A DNA stretch of 64,000 bases, taken from an uncultured Actinomycetota bacterium (GTDB lineage Bacteria; Actinomycetota; Actinomycetes; Propionibacteriales; Nocardioidaceae). The DNA is taken from positions 189 to 64,188 of the forward strand of contig CAWCPG010000024.1 in the NCBI GenBank assembly GCA_963797325.1, in the 5' to 3' direction. Below the pieces are notes generated by a model. It was not told the DNA's origin. It saw nothing but the letters and a program-made list of their open reading frames with translations, and did no database searches. A program made the translations under genes and the position numbers. Each line of letters begins with the position of its first letter. Positions within the stretch are counted from its first letter, which is position 1. Shown piece after piece: positions 40,776 through 50,169 of the stretch.

Positions 40776-41135
40776 TCACTCGATCCGGGGCTGCGGCTTG
40801 AAGCGGCGTACCTCGTGGGGCCAGCCACACGCCTCGGCGATCTTGGCCGCCCACATCTTCGCGGCCTCGTCATCGGCGACGTCCACCACGGCGAACCCGC
40901 CCAGGAACTCCTTGGTCTCGACGTAGGGCCCGTCGGTGACCACGACGGTGCCGCTCGTGGGGTCGGCGCTGTAGACCGGCCCGTCCTCCTCCTCCAGCCC
41001 CCCGGCGAAGACGTACACGCCGGCATCCCGCATCTCGTTGACGACCGCCATCGCGAGCGGTCCGCGCGGCCGGTACCACTCCTCGGGGTGGTCGCCGACC
41101 CACTGCTGGTTGAAGTACAAGAGGTACTCGGTCAT
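40776..41135 (-). CDS. YciI family protein
   Basis: VTDGPYVETKEFLGGF..EVR. Confidence 0.88.
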   Translation of the reverse strand: MTEYLLYFNQQWVGDHPEEWYRPRGPLAMAVVNEMRDAGVYVFAGGLEEEDGPVYSADPTSGTVVVTDGPYVETKEFLGGFAVVDVADDEAAKMWAAKIAEACGWPHEVRRFKPQPRIE

Positions 41136-41220
41136 GCGTGCTCCTCGCTCCGGCTGCGGACCCGGTGTCCGCCCTTGTTTCTACTCCACGAACGGCGGAC
41201 GCCGGATCCGACAGGGTCGC

Positions 41221-41877
41221 TCAGGCGTCGGCCGGGAACGGCACGCCGGCGTTGGCGTGGCAGCGGTAACCGTGGGGGTGCTTGTCGAGGTACTGCTGGT
41301 GGTGGTCCTCGGCGTAGTAGTACGGCGTCTCCGACGCGGGCCGGATCTCGGTGGTGATGTCGCCGTAGCGGCGGCGGGAGAGCTCGTCGCCGTACACCTT
41401 GGTCAGCTCCCGCGCCGTCTGCTCCTGCTCGGGTGTCGTGTAGTAGATCGCCGAGCGGTACTGGGTGCCGATGTCGTTGCCCTGGCGCATGCCCTGGGTC
41501 GGGTCGTGGACCTCGAAGAAGGTCTTGACCAGGTCGGCGTAGGAGACCACGGACGGGTCGAAGACGATCCGGACCGCCTCGGTGTGACCGGTCCGGCCGC
41601 TGCAGACCTCCTCGTACGACGGGTTGGGCGTGGTGCCGCCGGCGTAGCCGACCGACGTCGACCAGACGCCCGGCTTCTGCCAGTAGATCTCCTCGGCCCC
41701 CCAGAAGCAGCCGAGGCCGAAGATCGCGACCTCGAAGCCCTCGGGGGCGGTGGGAGTGACGACGGGCGCGTCGAGGACGCGGTGCTTCGGCGCGATCACG
41801 AACTGGCTGGTGGCGCGGCCGGGCAGCGCCTCCTCAGCACTCGGCAGGGTGGTCTTGTGGCGGGAGAAGATCGACAC
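41221..41877 (-). CDS. msrA: peptide methionine sulfoxide reductase A
   Basis: GLGCFWGAE, YEEVCSGRTGHTE, HDPTQGMRQGND.GTQYRS, YAEDHHQQYL; GAAGGAG RBS. Confidence 0.95.
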   Translation of the reverse strand: MSIFSRHKTTLPSAEEALPGRATSQFVIAPKHRVLDAPVVTPTAPEGFEVAIFGLGCFWGAEEIYWQKPGVWSTSVGYAGGTTPNPSYEEVCSGRTGHTEAVRIVFDPSVVSYADLVKTFFEVHDPTQGMRQGNDIGTQYRSAIYYTTPEQEQTARELTKVYGDELSRRRYGDITTEIRPASETPYYYAEDHHQQYLDKHPHGYRCHANAGVPFPADA

Positions 41878-41920
41878 GGTTGCTCCTTCTGGCATCCCTG
41901 GATGGGACATCCACAGTGTG

Positions 41921-41948
41921 CAACACCCGGGGCGGTCCGGTCGTTCCC
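41921..41948 (-). promoter_or_regulatory. SigH/SigR-type ECF promoter for msrA
   Basis: GGAAC-N18-GTTG on the minus strand upstream of msrA. Confidence 0.7.
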
Positions 41949-42030
41949 GACAGATCTGACGGAAGAATGACGCCGTCGGGACCGACGCCGCGCCGCACAG
42001 GTCGCCCGAGTGCACGACTACGCTCGTCGG

Positions 42031-43191
42031 GTGACTCAGGACCATCGCAGCAAGTCCGGGTTCGAGACCCGTGCCATCCATGCCGGCTACGAGCCCGACC
42101 CCACCACCGGCGCAGTGATCCCGCCGATCTACGCGACCAGCACCTACCAGCAGGACGGCGTCGGCGGCCTGCGCGGCGGCTACGAGTACAGCCGCTCGGC
42201 CAACCCGACGCGGACGGCGCTCGAGGGCGCGCTCGCGGCGTTGGAGGAGGGGGAGCGCGGCTTCGCCTTCGCCAGCGGCCTCGCCGCCGAGGACGCGATC
42301 CTGCGGGCGTTGACCAGGCCGGGCGACCACGCCGTGATCCCCGACGACGCCTACGGCGGCACGTTCCGGCTCTTCGACAAGGTCGCGCAGCCGTGGGGGC
42401 TCGAGCACAGCCCGGCACCGGTCGGCGACGTCGACGCCGTCCGAGCCGCCATCCGACCGGGGCGGACCCGCCTGGTCTGGATCGAGACGCCGACCAACCC
42501 GCTGCTGGCCATCGGCGACATCGAGGCGCTGGCGCAGGTGGCCCACGACGCCGGCGCGCTCCTGGTCGTCGACAACACCTTCGCCTCGCCCTACCTCCAG
42601 CAGCCGCTCACCCTCGGCGCCGACCTCGTGGTGCACTCGACGACCAAGTACGTCGGTGGGCACAGCGACGTGGTCGGCGGTGCGGTCGTGGTCCGCGACC
42701 TCGACCTGGCGGAGGCGATCACCTTCCACCAGAACGCGATGGGCGCCGTACCCGGCCCGTTCGACGCGTTCCTCACCCACCGCGGCCTCAAGACGCTCGG
42801 CGTGCGGATGGACCGGCACTGCGACAACGCCGAGCAGGTGGTCGAGTTCCTGACCCGGCACCCGAAGGTCGCCCAGGTCATCTATCCGGGCCTGCCCGAG
42901 CACCCCGGGCACGACGTGGCGGCGCGGCAGATGAAGAGGTTCGGGGGCATCGTCAGCCTCCGGCACGCCGACGGCGAGCAGGCCGCCCTCGACACCTGTG
43001 CGCGCGCCGAGGTCTTCATCCTCGGCGAGTCGCTCGGCGGGGTCGAGAGCCTGATCGAGCACCCGGGGCGGATGACCCACGCCAGCGTCGCCGGCACCGA
43101 GCTCGAGGTTCCCTCCGACCTGATCCGGCTGAGCGTCGGCATCGAGACCGCCGACGACCTGATCGCCGACCTCGACCGTGCCCTCGCCTGA
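42031..43191 (+). CDS. metB: cystathionine gamma-synthase/lyase
   Basis: FETRAIHAG, YEYSRSANPTR, ETPTNP, VHSTTKYVGGHSD PLP lysine, GESLGGVESL; TACGCT leaderless -10. Confidence 0.95.
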   Translation: MTQDHRSKSGFETRAIHAGYEPDPTTGAVIPPIYATSTYQQDGVGGLRGGYEYSRSANPTRTALEGALAALEEGERGFAFASGLAAEDAILRALTRPGDHAVIPDDAYGGTFRLFDKVAQPWGLEHSPAPVGDVDAVRAAIRPGRTRLVWIETPTNPLLAIGDIEALAQVAHDAGALLVVDNTFASPYLQQPLTLGADLVVHSTTKYVGGHSDVVGGAVVVRDLDLAEAITFHQNAMGAVPGPFDAFLTHRGLKTLGVRMDRHCDNAEQVVEFLTRHPKVAQVIYPGLPEHPGHDVAARQMKRFGGIVSLRHADGEQAALDTCARAEVFILGESLGGVESLIEHPGRMTHASVAGTELEVPSDLIRLSVGIETADDLIADLDRALA

Positions 43192-44584
43192 CGGGCCTCC
43201 GGCGGTCGGCGGCTCCTCGGCGGTCGGCGGCCCCTCGGCGGTCGAGCGGAGTCGAGACCACGTCGTCTGCGTCGACTTCGGCTCGACGTTCACCAAGGCG
43301 TCGCTGGTCGACCTGGTCGAGGGTCGCATCGTCGCCGCCGCCGAGCACCGGACGACGATCGACACCGACGTCCTCGACGGGTACGACGCGTGCCTGGGGG
43401 CGCTGGCCGGCCAGGACGCGCGCGCGGTGGACGCGTCGACCCTGGCCTGCTCGAGCGCGGGCGGCGGCCTGCGGATCGCGGTGGTCGGCAACGAGGAGCT
43501 GGTCACCGCCGAGGCGGGTCGCAGGGTCGCGCTGTCCAGCGGCGGCAAGGTGGTGGCCGTCCTCGCGGCCGGCCGGGACGACGACCTGGGCCGGGTCGGT
43601 GAGAGCGAGCCCGACGTCGTCCTGCTGACCGGCGGGACCGACGGCGGCAACCCCGAGCCGATCCTGGCCTGCGCCCGGGCGCTCGCCACGAGCTGGAGCG
43701 GGCCCGTGGTGGTCGCCGGGATGGTCGAGGCGCGCGACGAGGTCGCCGCGATCCTGGCCGCGAACCCGCTCGTCGTGGCGCCCAACATCGTTCCCCGGAT
43801 CGGGGTGCTCGCACCGGAGGGTGCCCGGACCGCGATCCGAGAGCTGTTCCTGTCCCACGTGATCGGGGGCAAGCACCTGAGCAGCCGCGACGACTTCCTG
43901 GCCATGGTCCAGGGCGCCACGCCCGACGTCGTCCTCACCGGGGTGGAGCTGCTGGCCGACGCCGCGGGCGACACGGTGGTGGTCGACGTGGGCGGGGCCA
44001 CGACCGACGTCCACAGCGTCGTGGAGCTCGACCCCGAGGACGCCGGACTCAGCCGTGAGGTCGTCGCCACCACACGGGTGACGCGCACGGTGGAGGGCGA
44101 CCTCGGCATGCGCTGGTCGGCCGTCACGACCGCCGAGGCGGCCGGTCGGGCCGATCTCGCCGAGGCCGCCCGGCGGCGCCGCCGGGACCCGGGCTTCGTC
44201 CCGGTCGACGACGCCGAGGCCGACCTCGACGAGGAGCTCGCTCGCGAGGCCGTGGGGCTCGCCCTGCGTCGCCATGCAGGCCGGAGCAAGGTCGTGGTGA
44301 GCCCCGAGGGCCGCGTGATCGAGCGGACCGGCAAGGACCTGCGCGAGGTCGACCTCCTCGTCGGCTCCGGCGGCGTGCTCCGGCACGGCCGGGCGGGAGT
44401 GGCCAGGCGGGTCTTCGCAGGCAGCGTCGGCGAGGACGTCCGCGGCGGCTGGCAGCTGCCCCGACGTGCGGACGTGACGGTCGACACCGACTACGTGCTC
44501 GCCGCCGTCGGGCTGCTGGCGCCCGAGCATCCGGCGGCGGCCCGCCGCCTCGTCCGCCGCCTGACCGAGCCCGAGGTCGCGTAG
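43178..44584 (+). CDS. glutamate mutase L (GlmL/MutL-like ASKHA reactivating factor)
   Basis: VDFGSTFTK, ACSSAGGGL, LTGGTDGG, VVDVGGATTDVHS, RTVEGDLGMR, GSGGVLRH. Confidence 0.85.
   Translation: MPSPDGPPAVGGSSAVGGPSAVERSRDHVVCVDFGSTFTKASLVDLVEGRIVAAAEHRTTIDTDVLDGYDACLGALAGQDARAVDASTLACSSAGGGLRIAVVGNEELVTAEAGRRVALSSGGKVVAVLAAGRDDDLGRVGESEPDVVLLTGGTDGGNPEPILACARALATSWSGPVVVAGMVEARDEVAAILAANPLVVAPNIVPRIGVLAPEGARTAIRELFLSHVIGGKHLSSRDDFLAMVQGATPDVVLTGVELLADAAGDTVVVDVGGATTDVHSVVELDPEDAGLSREVVATTRVTRTVEGDLGMRWSAVTTAEAAGRADLAEAARRRRRDPGFVPVDDAEADLDEELAREAVGLALRRHAGRSKVVVSPEGRVIERTGKDLREVDLLVGSGGVLRHGRAGVARRVFAGSVGEDVRGGWQLPRRADVTVDTDYVLAAVGLLAPEHPAAARRLVRRLTEPEVA
43191..43259 (+). repeat. 18-bp tandem units ending in REP-like GGTCGAGCGGAGTCGAGACC
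   Basis: (CCTCG)GCGGTCGGCGG-type units x2, then the full element at 43240-43259. Confidence 0.65.
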
Positions 44585-44594
44585 GTTGACCTCC

Positions 44595-45959
44595 GTGAGC
44601 AACGCCGCGACGGGTCCCGGTACGCCGGGTGACGAGGGCGCCGGGGAGCGGCTGGCCGGGCGCCTCGCCCACCAGTGGCTGAGACGGGCCGAGCCGCGCC
44701 CCCAGGTGGCGATCGAGACCGGACCCTCGAACTTCACGCCGGCCCAGGTGCCCTGGGGGCTCGACCTCGCTGCGGCGTGGGCGTGGCGCCTGATCGTGAT
44801 CGGCATCGCGACGTACGCCCTGTTCCGTGGCGTGGAGTTCTTCGCCGAGCTGACCATCCCGGTCATCGTCGCGCTCCTGATCTCGGCCCTCGGATCGCCC
44901 TTCGTCGACTGGATGGAACGGATCGGCGTCCGCCGCGGCATCGGGGCGGCCATCGTGGTCCTCGGCCTGCTCGCGCTCGTGGCCACCATGCTCGCGCTGG
45001 CCGGGCAGCAGGTCGCCAACGGTGCCAACGACCTCGCCACCCAGGTCTCCGACGGCCTGGGGGAGATCAAGAGCTGGCTGAAGACCGGGCCCTTCCACGT
45101 CAGCGACTCGCAGATCAACGCCTACATCCAGAAGGCCCAGGACTACCTGTCCCAGAAGGCCGAGAGCGGTGCCTTCCTCAGTCAGGTCACCAACCTCGGG
45201 AGCGCCCTCACCCACATCCTCGCCGGGCTCTTCCTGGTGCTGTTCTCGACGTACTTCTTCCTCGCCGACGGCGACCGGATCTGGGCCTGGTTCGTCCGGC
45301 TCTCGCCGCGCGCAGCCCGCGCCCGGGTCGACAGCTCGGGCCGGGTGGCGTGGATCTCGCTCACCCAGTTCGTGCGGGCCACCGTGATCGTGGCCGTCAC
45401 CGATGCCGTCGGCGTGATGATCGCGGCCTCGATCCTCCAGGTGCAGTTCGTCCTCGCGATCGGTGTGCTCGTCTTCCTCGGTGCCTTCATCCCGATCGTG
45501 GGTGCGTTCGTCGCCGGCACGGTCGCGGTGCTGGTGGCCCTCGTGGACCACGGCGTGGTCGTGGCCCTGCTGATGCTGGGCGCGGTGGTGCTCGTGCAGC
45601 AGATCGAGAGCCACGTGCTCCAGCCGTTCCTGATGGGCCGGTTCGTCTCGATCCACCCGCTCGGCATCATCGTCGCGATCGCGGCCGGCATCCTGCTGGC
45701 CGGCATCCCGGGAGCACTGGTCGCCGTCCCGTTCGCAGCGGCCGCCAACGCCGTCGTACAGCACCTGGCGAGCGAGACCTCCGTGGGGGAGGATCCGGAG
45801 GCCGCCCTCGAGTCCGACTACGAGGACACCGGGCAGCACGTCGACACCGACGCAGACACCGGAGACGCCGACGACGGGGTCGTCGGTGACACCCAGGACG
45901 CCGGCGTGGCCGACCAGTTCGACCGCGACCACACGAGCGACGAGGGGCGCGATGGCTGA
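44595..45959 (+). CDS. AI-2E family transporter with acidic C-terminal tail
   Basis: FFLADGDRIW, FIPIVGA, VQQIESHVLQPFLMG..HP, GALVAVP. Confidence 0.92.
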   Translation: MSNAATGPGTPGDEGAGERLAGRLAHQWLRRAEPRPQVAIETGPSNFTPAQVPWGLDLAAAWAWRLIVIGIATYALFRGVEFFAELTIPVIVALLISALGSPFVDWMERIGVRRGIGAAIVVLGLLALVATMLALAGQQVANGANDLATQVSDGLGEIKSWLKTGPFHVSDSQINAYIQKAQDYLSQKAESGAFLSQVTNLGSALTHILAGLFLVLFSTYFFLADGDRIWAWFVRLSPRAARARVDSSGRVAWISLTQFVRATVIVAVTDAVGVMIAASILQVQFVLAIGVLVFLGAFIPIVGAFVAGTVAVLVALVDHGVVVALLMLGAVVLVQQIESHVLQPFLMGRFVSIHPLGIIVAIAAGILLAGIPGALVAVPFAAAANAVVQHLASETSVGEDPEAALESDYEDTGQHVDTDADTGDADDGVVGDTQDAGVADQFDRDHTSDEGRDG

Positions 45960-47166
45960 CGTGGACCGGGTCTCGGTGGACGACATCGAGCGGGCCGCTG
46001 AGCTGATCGAGGGCGTCGCCGTCCGGACGCCGATGGAGGAGTCGCGCTGGCTCTCCGCGCTGACCGGCAGCCCGGTGCTCCTCAAGTGCGAGAACCTCCA
46101 GCGCACCGGGTCCTTCAAGGTCCGCGGCGCCTACACCCGGATGTCACACCTCACCGAGGAGGAGCGGGCGCGCGGTGTCGTGGCCGCCTCCGCCGGCAAC
46201 CACGCGCAGGGCGTCGCGCTGGCCGCGCAGTTCCTCGGCATCAAGGCGACGGTGTTCATGCCCGAGGGCGCCCCGATCCCCAAGGAGAAGGCCACCCGTG
46301 GGTACGGCGCCGACGTCGTCTTCCACGGGCGCTACCTCGAGGACGCGCTCGCCGCGGCCCGGGAGTTCCAGAAGCAGACCGGCGCGGTGATGATCCACCC
46401 GTTCGACAGTGCCGAGGTGGTGGCCGGGCAGGGCACGGTCGGGCTGGAGATCGTCGAGCAGGCGCCCGACGTCGAGACGGTCGTCGTACCGTGCGGCGGG
46501 GGCGGCCTCCTCGGCGGTGTCGCGATCGCGGTCAAGGCGAAGCGGCCGGGGGTCACGGTGATCGGTGTCCAGGCCGAGGGCGCCGCGGCGTTCCCCGGCT
46601 CCCTGGAGGCGGGCCACCCGGTGCCGCTCGGCTCGATGTCGACGATGGCCGACGGCATCGCGGTGGGCCTGCCCGGGGAGATCAGCTTCGCGGCCGTCCG
46701 TGACCACGTCGACGAGGTGATCACGGTCTCCGAGGCCTCGCTCTCGCGTGCCGTGCTGGCGACGCTGGAGCGGGCGAAGATGGTGGTGGAGCCGGCCGGC
46801 GCTGCCGCGGTCGCCGCGATCCTCGACGATCCGAGCCGGTTCTCGACCCCCACGGTCGGGGTCCTGTCCGGTGGCAACATCGACCCGCTGCTGCTGAGCA
46901 AGGTGATCCAGCACGGCATGGCGGCCGGTGGTCGCTACCTCACCCTGACGCTGCGCATCCCCGACCGGCCCGGTGGCCTGGCCCGGCTGCTGTCGGAGGT
47001 CGGGGAGGCCGGGGCGAACGTGATCGAGGTGGCCCACGCCCGGATCAGCGCCGACCTGTCCCTCGACGAGGTGCAGGTCCACCTCCAGCTCGAGACGCGC
47101 GGCGAGGCGCACGCCGAGATGCTGCTGGTCCGGCTCCGCGAGCGCGGCTACCGGGTCTTCGAATGA
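45952..47166 (+). CDS. ilvA: threonine ammonia-lyase with C-terminal ACT domain
   Basis: KCENLQRTGSFKVRGA, ASAGNHAQG, GGGGL, SGGNID, PDRPGGL. Confidence 0.93.
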   Translation: MADVDRVSVDDIERAAELIEGVAVRTPMEESRWLSALTGSPVLLKCENLQRTGSFKVRGAYTRMSHLTEEERARGVVAASAGNHAQGVALAAQFLGIKATVFMPEGAPIPKEKATRGYGADVVFHGRYLEDALAAAREFQKQTGAVMIHPFDSAEVVAGQGTVGLEIVEQAPDVETVVVPCGGGGLLGGVAIAVKAKRPGVTVIGVQAEGAAAFPGSLEAGHPVPLGSMSTMADGIAVGLPGEISFAAVRDHVDEVITVSEASLSRAVLATLERAKMVVEPAGAAAVAAILDDPSRFSTPTVGVLSGGNIDPLLLSKVIQHGMAAGGRYLTLTLRIPDRPGGLARLLSEVGEAGANVIEVAHARISADLSLDEVQVHLQLETRGEAHAEMLLVRLRERGYRVFE

Positions 47167-47176
47167 CGGCGTCGTG

Positions 47177-47224
47177 GGTCGTCCGCTTCACCGGCCACTA
47201 GGGGTGCTCGTCGGGCGGACGACC
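47177..47224. terminator. inverted repeat between convergent ilvA and greA
   Basis: GGTCGTCCGC / GCGGACGACC. Confidence 0.45.
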
Positions 47225-47234
47225 ACGCGGCGGC

Positions 47235-47708
47235 TCACCCGGGGAAGGGCACCGCGCTGATGATCTCGATCTTCGCGACCTTGCCGTTGGGCTGCTCGAA
47301 GTCGACGGTCTCGCCGGCCTTGTGCCCCTCGAGCGCGGCGCCGAGCGGCGACTGGGGGGAGTAGACCTCGATGTCGTCGCGGTCGTCGGCGATCTCGCGC
47401 GCGCCGAGCAGGAACGACTCCTCGTCGTCGCCGGCGAAGCGGTAGGTGACGAGCTTGCCGGCGGTCACGGTCTGGTCGTCGGCGGACGGCTCGGTGGTGG
47501 CGTCCTTGAGCTGCTCCTCGAGCTGACGGATGCGGGCCTCGTTGGTGCCCTGCTCGTCCTTCGCGGCGTGGTAGCCGCCGTTCTCCTTCAGGTCACCCTC
47601 GTCGCGCGCAGCGCTGATCCGCTCGACGATCTCGGCGCGGCGAGGGCCGCGACGGTCCTCGAGCTCGGCCTCGAGCCGGTCGAAGGTCTGCTGGGTCAGC
47701 CAGATCAT
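47235..47708 (-). CDS. greA: transcription elongation factor GreA
   Basis: WLTQ..RL..EL, ARDEGDLKENGGYHAAK, YSPQSPLG; GGAGGAG RBS. Confidence 0.96.
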   Translation of the reverse strand: MIWLTQQTFDRLEAELEDRRGPRRAEIVERISAARDEGDLKENGGYHAAKDEQGTNEARIRQLEEQLKDATTEPSADDQTVTAGKLVTYRFAGDDEESFLLGAREIADDRDDIEVYSPQSPLGAALEGHKAGETVDFEQPNGKVAKIEIISAVPFPG

Positions 47709-47873
47709 GCGGATCTCCTCCAGACGCGCGTCGCTGCGCCTGTCGTATGTGTCGGTGGTGTGTGCGCCGCACCGGGACGGAACTGCTGGGTCGTGCTGGT
47801 TGCGTCGTCTTGTGGCGCGGCCAGAAGCGACGAGTCTACCAAGAGTCGCCGCGCAAACCCACAAACGCGCAGG

Positions 47874-48275
47874 TCAGCGTGGGTGATCCTGCCCGTCGGC
47901 GATGCAGCCCGGTACGTCGACCGCGGTGGCCTCGCGCTGGGTCCGCACGGTCACCGTGTTGGTCCCCTCGGTGGGATGGAACGTCAGCTCGCCCACGATC
48001 GAGTGGTCGCTCGCCAGCGCCTGCACGGTGCACGTCGGATGGGAGCCGGCGTCGTGGATGGTGACGTCGACCCGCGCGGTCGCCGCGTGCGCGTCGACGA
48101 CCTGCCAGCCGAGCAGGTTCGACTCGACCTTCGGGGTCGCTTGGCCCCAGGTCGCCCACGCCAGCCACGCCAGCGCCACGGCAGCGACCACGACCACCCC
48201 GGCGATCGTCAGCGGACGACGCCAGGACGGGGGTGCGGCGTACCGCTCGGACAGGGCCTGCTCCACGTCCCTCAT
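47874..48275 (-). CDS. DUF4307 membrane protein (Rv1081c-like)
   Basis: ERY..P N-terminus, one TM segment, CTVQA..DHSIVGE..GC; lies between greA and mca. Confidence 0.82.
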   Translation of the reverse strand: MRDVEQALSERYAAPPSWRRPLTIAGVVVVAAVALAWLAWATWGQATPKVESNLLGWQVVDAHAATARVDVTIHDAGSHPTCTVQALASDHSIVGELTFHPTEGTNTVTVRTQREATAVDVPGCIADGQDHPR

Positions 48276-48312
48276 CGTCGCACGCCCGCCGGAGACTCCT
48301 AGACTCGCGACC

Positions 48313-49209
48313 ATGTCCTCGCATCCCGTCGACGCGCGCCCCGGCGACGGCCTCCGGCTCATGCACGTGCACGCTCATCCCGACGACGAGTCCAGCAAGG
48401 GTGCGGCGAGCACGGCGATGTATGTCGCGCAGGGCGTCGACGTGCACGTCGCGACCTGCACCGGCGGCGAGCGCGGCTCGATCCTGAACCCCAAGATGGA
48501 CCGGCCCGACATCGCCGCCAACATGGCCGAGGTGCGGCGCCAGGAGATGGAGCGGGCCCGCGACATCCTCGGCATCCGCCAGGACTGGCTCGGCTTCGTC
48601 GACTCGGGATGGCCCGAGGGCGACCCGCCGCCGCCGCTGCCCGAGGGCTGCTTCGCGCTGGTGCCGCTCGAGGAGTCCACCGAGCGGCTGGTCGCGCTGA
48701 TCCGGAGCTTCAAGCCGCACGTGCTGACGACGTACGACGAGAAGGGCGGCTACCCGCACCCCGACCACATCCGTTGCCACGAGATCAGCGTCGCGGCGTT
48801 CGAGGCGGCCGGCGACCCCGACCGCTTTCCCGACGCCGGCGAGCCGTGGCAGCCGCTGAAGCTCTACTACCACCACGGCTGGAGCTACGCGAAGCTCACC
48901 GCGATCAACGACGCCATGCTGGCCCACGGCCTCGAGTCGCCGTACGCCGAGCGGCTGGAGAAGTGGGAGCGCGACGAGAGCTGGGAGAAGCGGCTCACGA
49001 CGCGGGTCCCGTGCGCGGACTACTTCGGCGTCCGTGACCAGGCCCTGCTGGCGCATGCCACCCAGATCGACCCCGACGGGCCGTGGTTCGCGATCCCGCA
49101 CGCGATCCAGGCGCAGGTCTGGCCGACGGAGGACTTCGAGCTCGTCACCAGCCATGTCGAGACCTCCCTGCCCGAGGACGACCTGTTCGCGGGGATCCGC
49201 CCTGTCTGA
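48313..49209 (+). CDS. mca: mycothiol conjugate amidase
   Basis: LMHVHAHPDDESSKG, CTGGERG, YDEKGGYPHPDHI, AHATQIDP, EDDLFAG; TAGACT leaderless -10. Confidence 0.95.
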   Translation: MSSHPVDARPGDGLRLMHVHAHPDDESSKGAASTAMYVAQGVDVHVATCTGGERGSILNPKMDRPDIAANMAEVRRQEMERARDILGIRQDWLGFVDSGWPEGDPPPPLPEGCFALVPLEESTERLVALIRSFKPHVLTTYDEKGGYPHPDHIRCHEISVAAFEAAGDPDRFPDAGEPWQPLKLYYHHGWSYAKLTAINDAMLAHGLESPYAERLEKWERDESWEKRLTTRVPCADYFGVRDQALLAHATQIDPDGPWFAIPHAIQAQVWPTEDFELVTSHVETSLPEDDLFAGIRPV

Positions 49210-49237
49210 TCCGAGCCCGGCCTGAGACACTGGAGCC

Positions 49238-49480
49238 ATGCAGTCGCTCGCCCTCGTGATCCAGGCTCTCGACCCCGTCCCCGACGACAACAGCGTCAAG
49301 GCCGGCTGGGGTGCGTTCGGAATCTTCGCGCTGCTGATCATCGCGGTCGCGATCCTGTGCTGGAGCTTCGCCAAGCAGATGCGCAAGGTGGAGGCGGCCG
49401 ACGAGGCCGGTGTGTACGACGAGCAGCCGGCCGACGGCGCCGACCAGCTCCCGCCGACGCACACCAAGGCCGACTCCTGA
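49238..49480 (+). CDS. small single-TM protein (Rv1083-like position)
   Basis: VKAGWGAFGIFALLIIAVAILCWSFAKQMRK; follows mca. Confidence 0.75.
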   Translation: MQSLALVIQALDPVPDDNSVKAGWGAFGIFALLIIAVAILCWSFAKQMRKVEAADEAGVYDEQPADGADQLPPTHTKADS

Positions 49481-49565
49481 TCCGGTCGAGGTCCTGATCC
49501 GGTCGAGCGGTCCTGATCCGGTGGTCGAGCGGTCCTGATCCGGTGGTCGAGCGGAGTACGAGACC
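49475..49565 (+). repeat. four TCCTGATCCGGT-initiated tandem units ending in REP-like GGTCGAGCGGAGTACGAGACC
   Basis: units at 49475 (17 bp), 49492 (19 bp), 49511 (22 bp) and 49533. Confidence 0.85.
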
Positions 49566-49623
49566 TAAGCAACCCCTCGCGCCCCGGTTGACGGCCCGAC
49601 CCTCCCGGCCGGATGCTCCGCGG

Positions 49624-50166
49624 GTGCCCCTCGTCCTGGCGGTGCTGCTGCTACCCGTCGTCGTCTACTGCTCGGTGCGCGCCGTCGCGCCCCGGCTGGG
49701 CGGGCGGAGCGCGGAGCACCGACGCGACACCGATGCCTGGCACGCGCTGATGGGTCTCGCGATGGGCGCGATGCTGCTCGGCAGCCTGACCCGGCCCCTG
49801 GCCGTCGCCGCGCTGGTGGTGTCGGCGGTCGGCCTCGGCTGGGGGGTGCTGTCGGTCGACCGTCGTACGGGAGGCGCGGCCCACCTCCGCCTCGTGGTCG
49901 GCGCGGGCGCGATGGCGGTGATGACCCTGCCCCTGGCGGCTCCCGCGATGGCGGCGGGTCACGACGCGTCGACGGGCCGGATGACGATGACCGGAGCGTC
50001 CGCACTGCCGTTGGTGCTCGTGCTGATGATCGGCCTGGTGGGCGTCGCCGCGGTGCGCCTCCCGGCCGTCGTACGCCGCACGCCGGGGGCGGTCGAGCGC
50101 CTCGACGCCGGCTGTGACGTGGTGATGGCAGGCGCCATGGCCGCGATGCTGCTGGTCCTGCTCTGA
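49624..50166 (+). CDS. DUF5134-like membrane protein
   Basis: DAWHALMGLAMGAML, AHL..GAM, GCDVVMAGAMAAML. Confidence 0.7.
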   Translation: MPLVLAVLLLPVVVYCSVRAVAPRLGGRSAEHRRDTDAWHALMGLAMGAMLLGSLTRPLAVAALVVSAVGLGWGVLSVDRRTGGAAHLRLVVGAGAMAVMTLPLAAPAMAAGHDASTGRMTMTGASALPLVLVLMIGLVGVAAVRLPAVVRRTPGAVERLDAGCDVVMAGAMAAMLLVLL

Positions 50167-50169
50167 CCG

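Noticed and set aside
47709-47850. Regulatory leader RNA upstream of greA
   Set aside because: A ~120-nt leader follows a TAGACT -10, but I could not identify a convincing terminator or conserved structure by eye.
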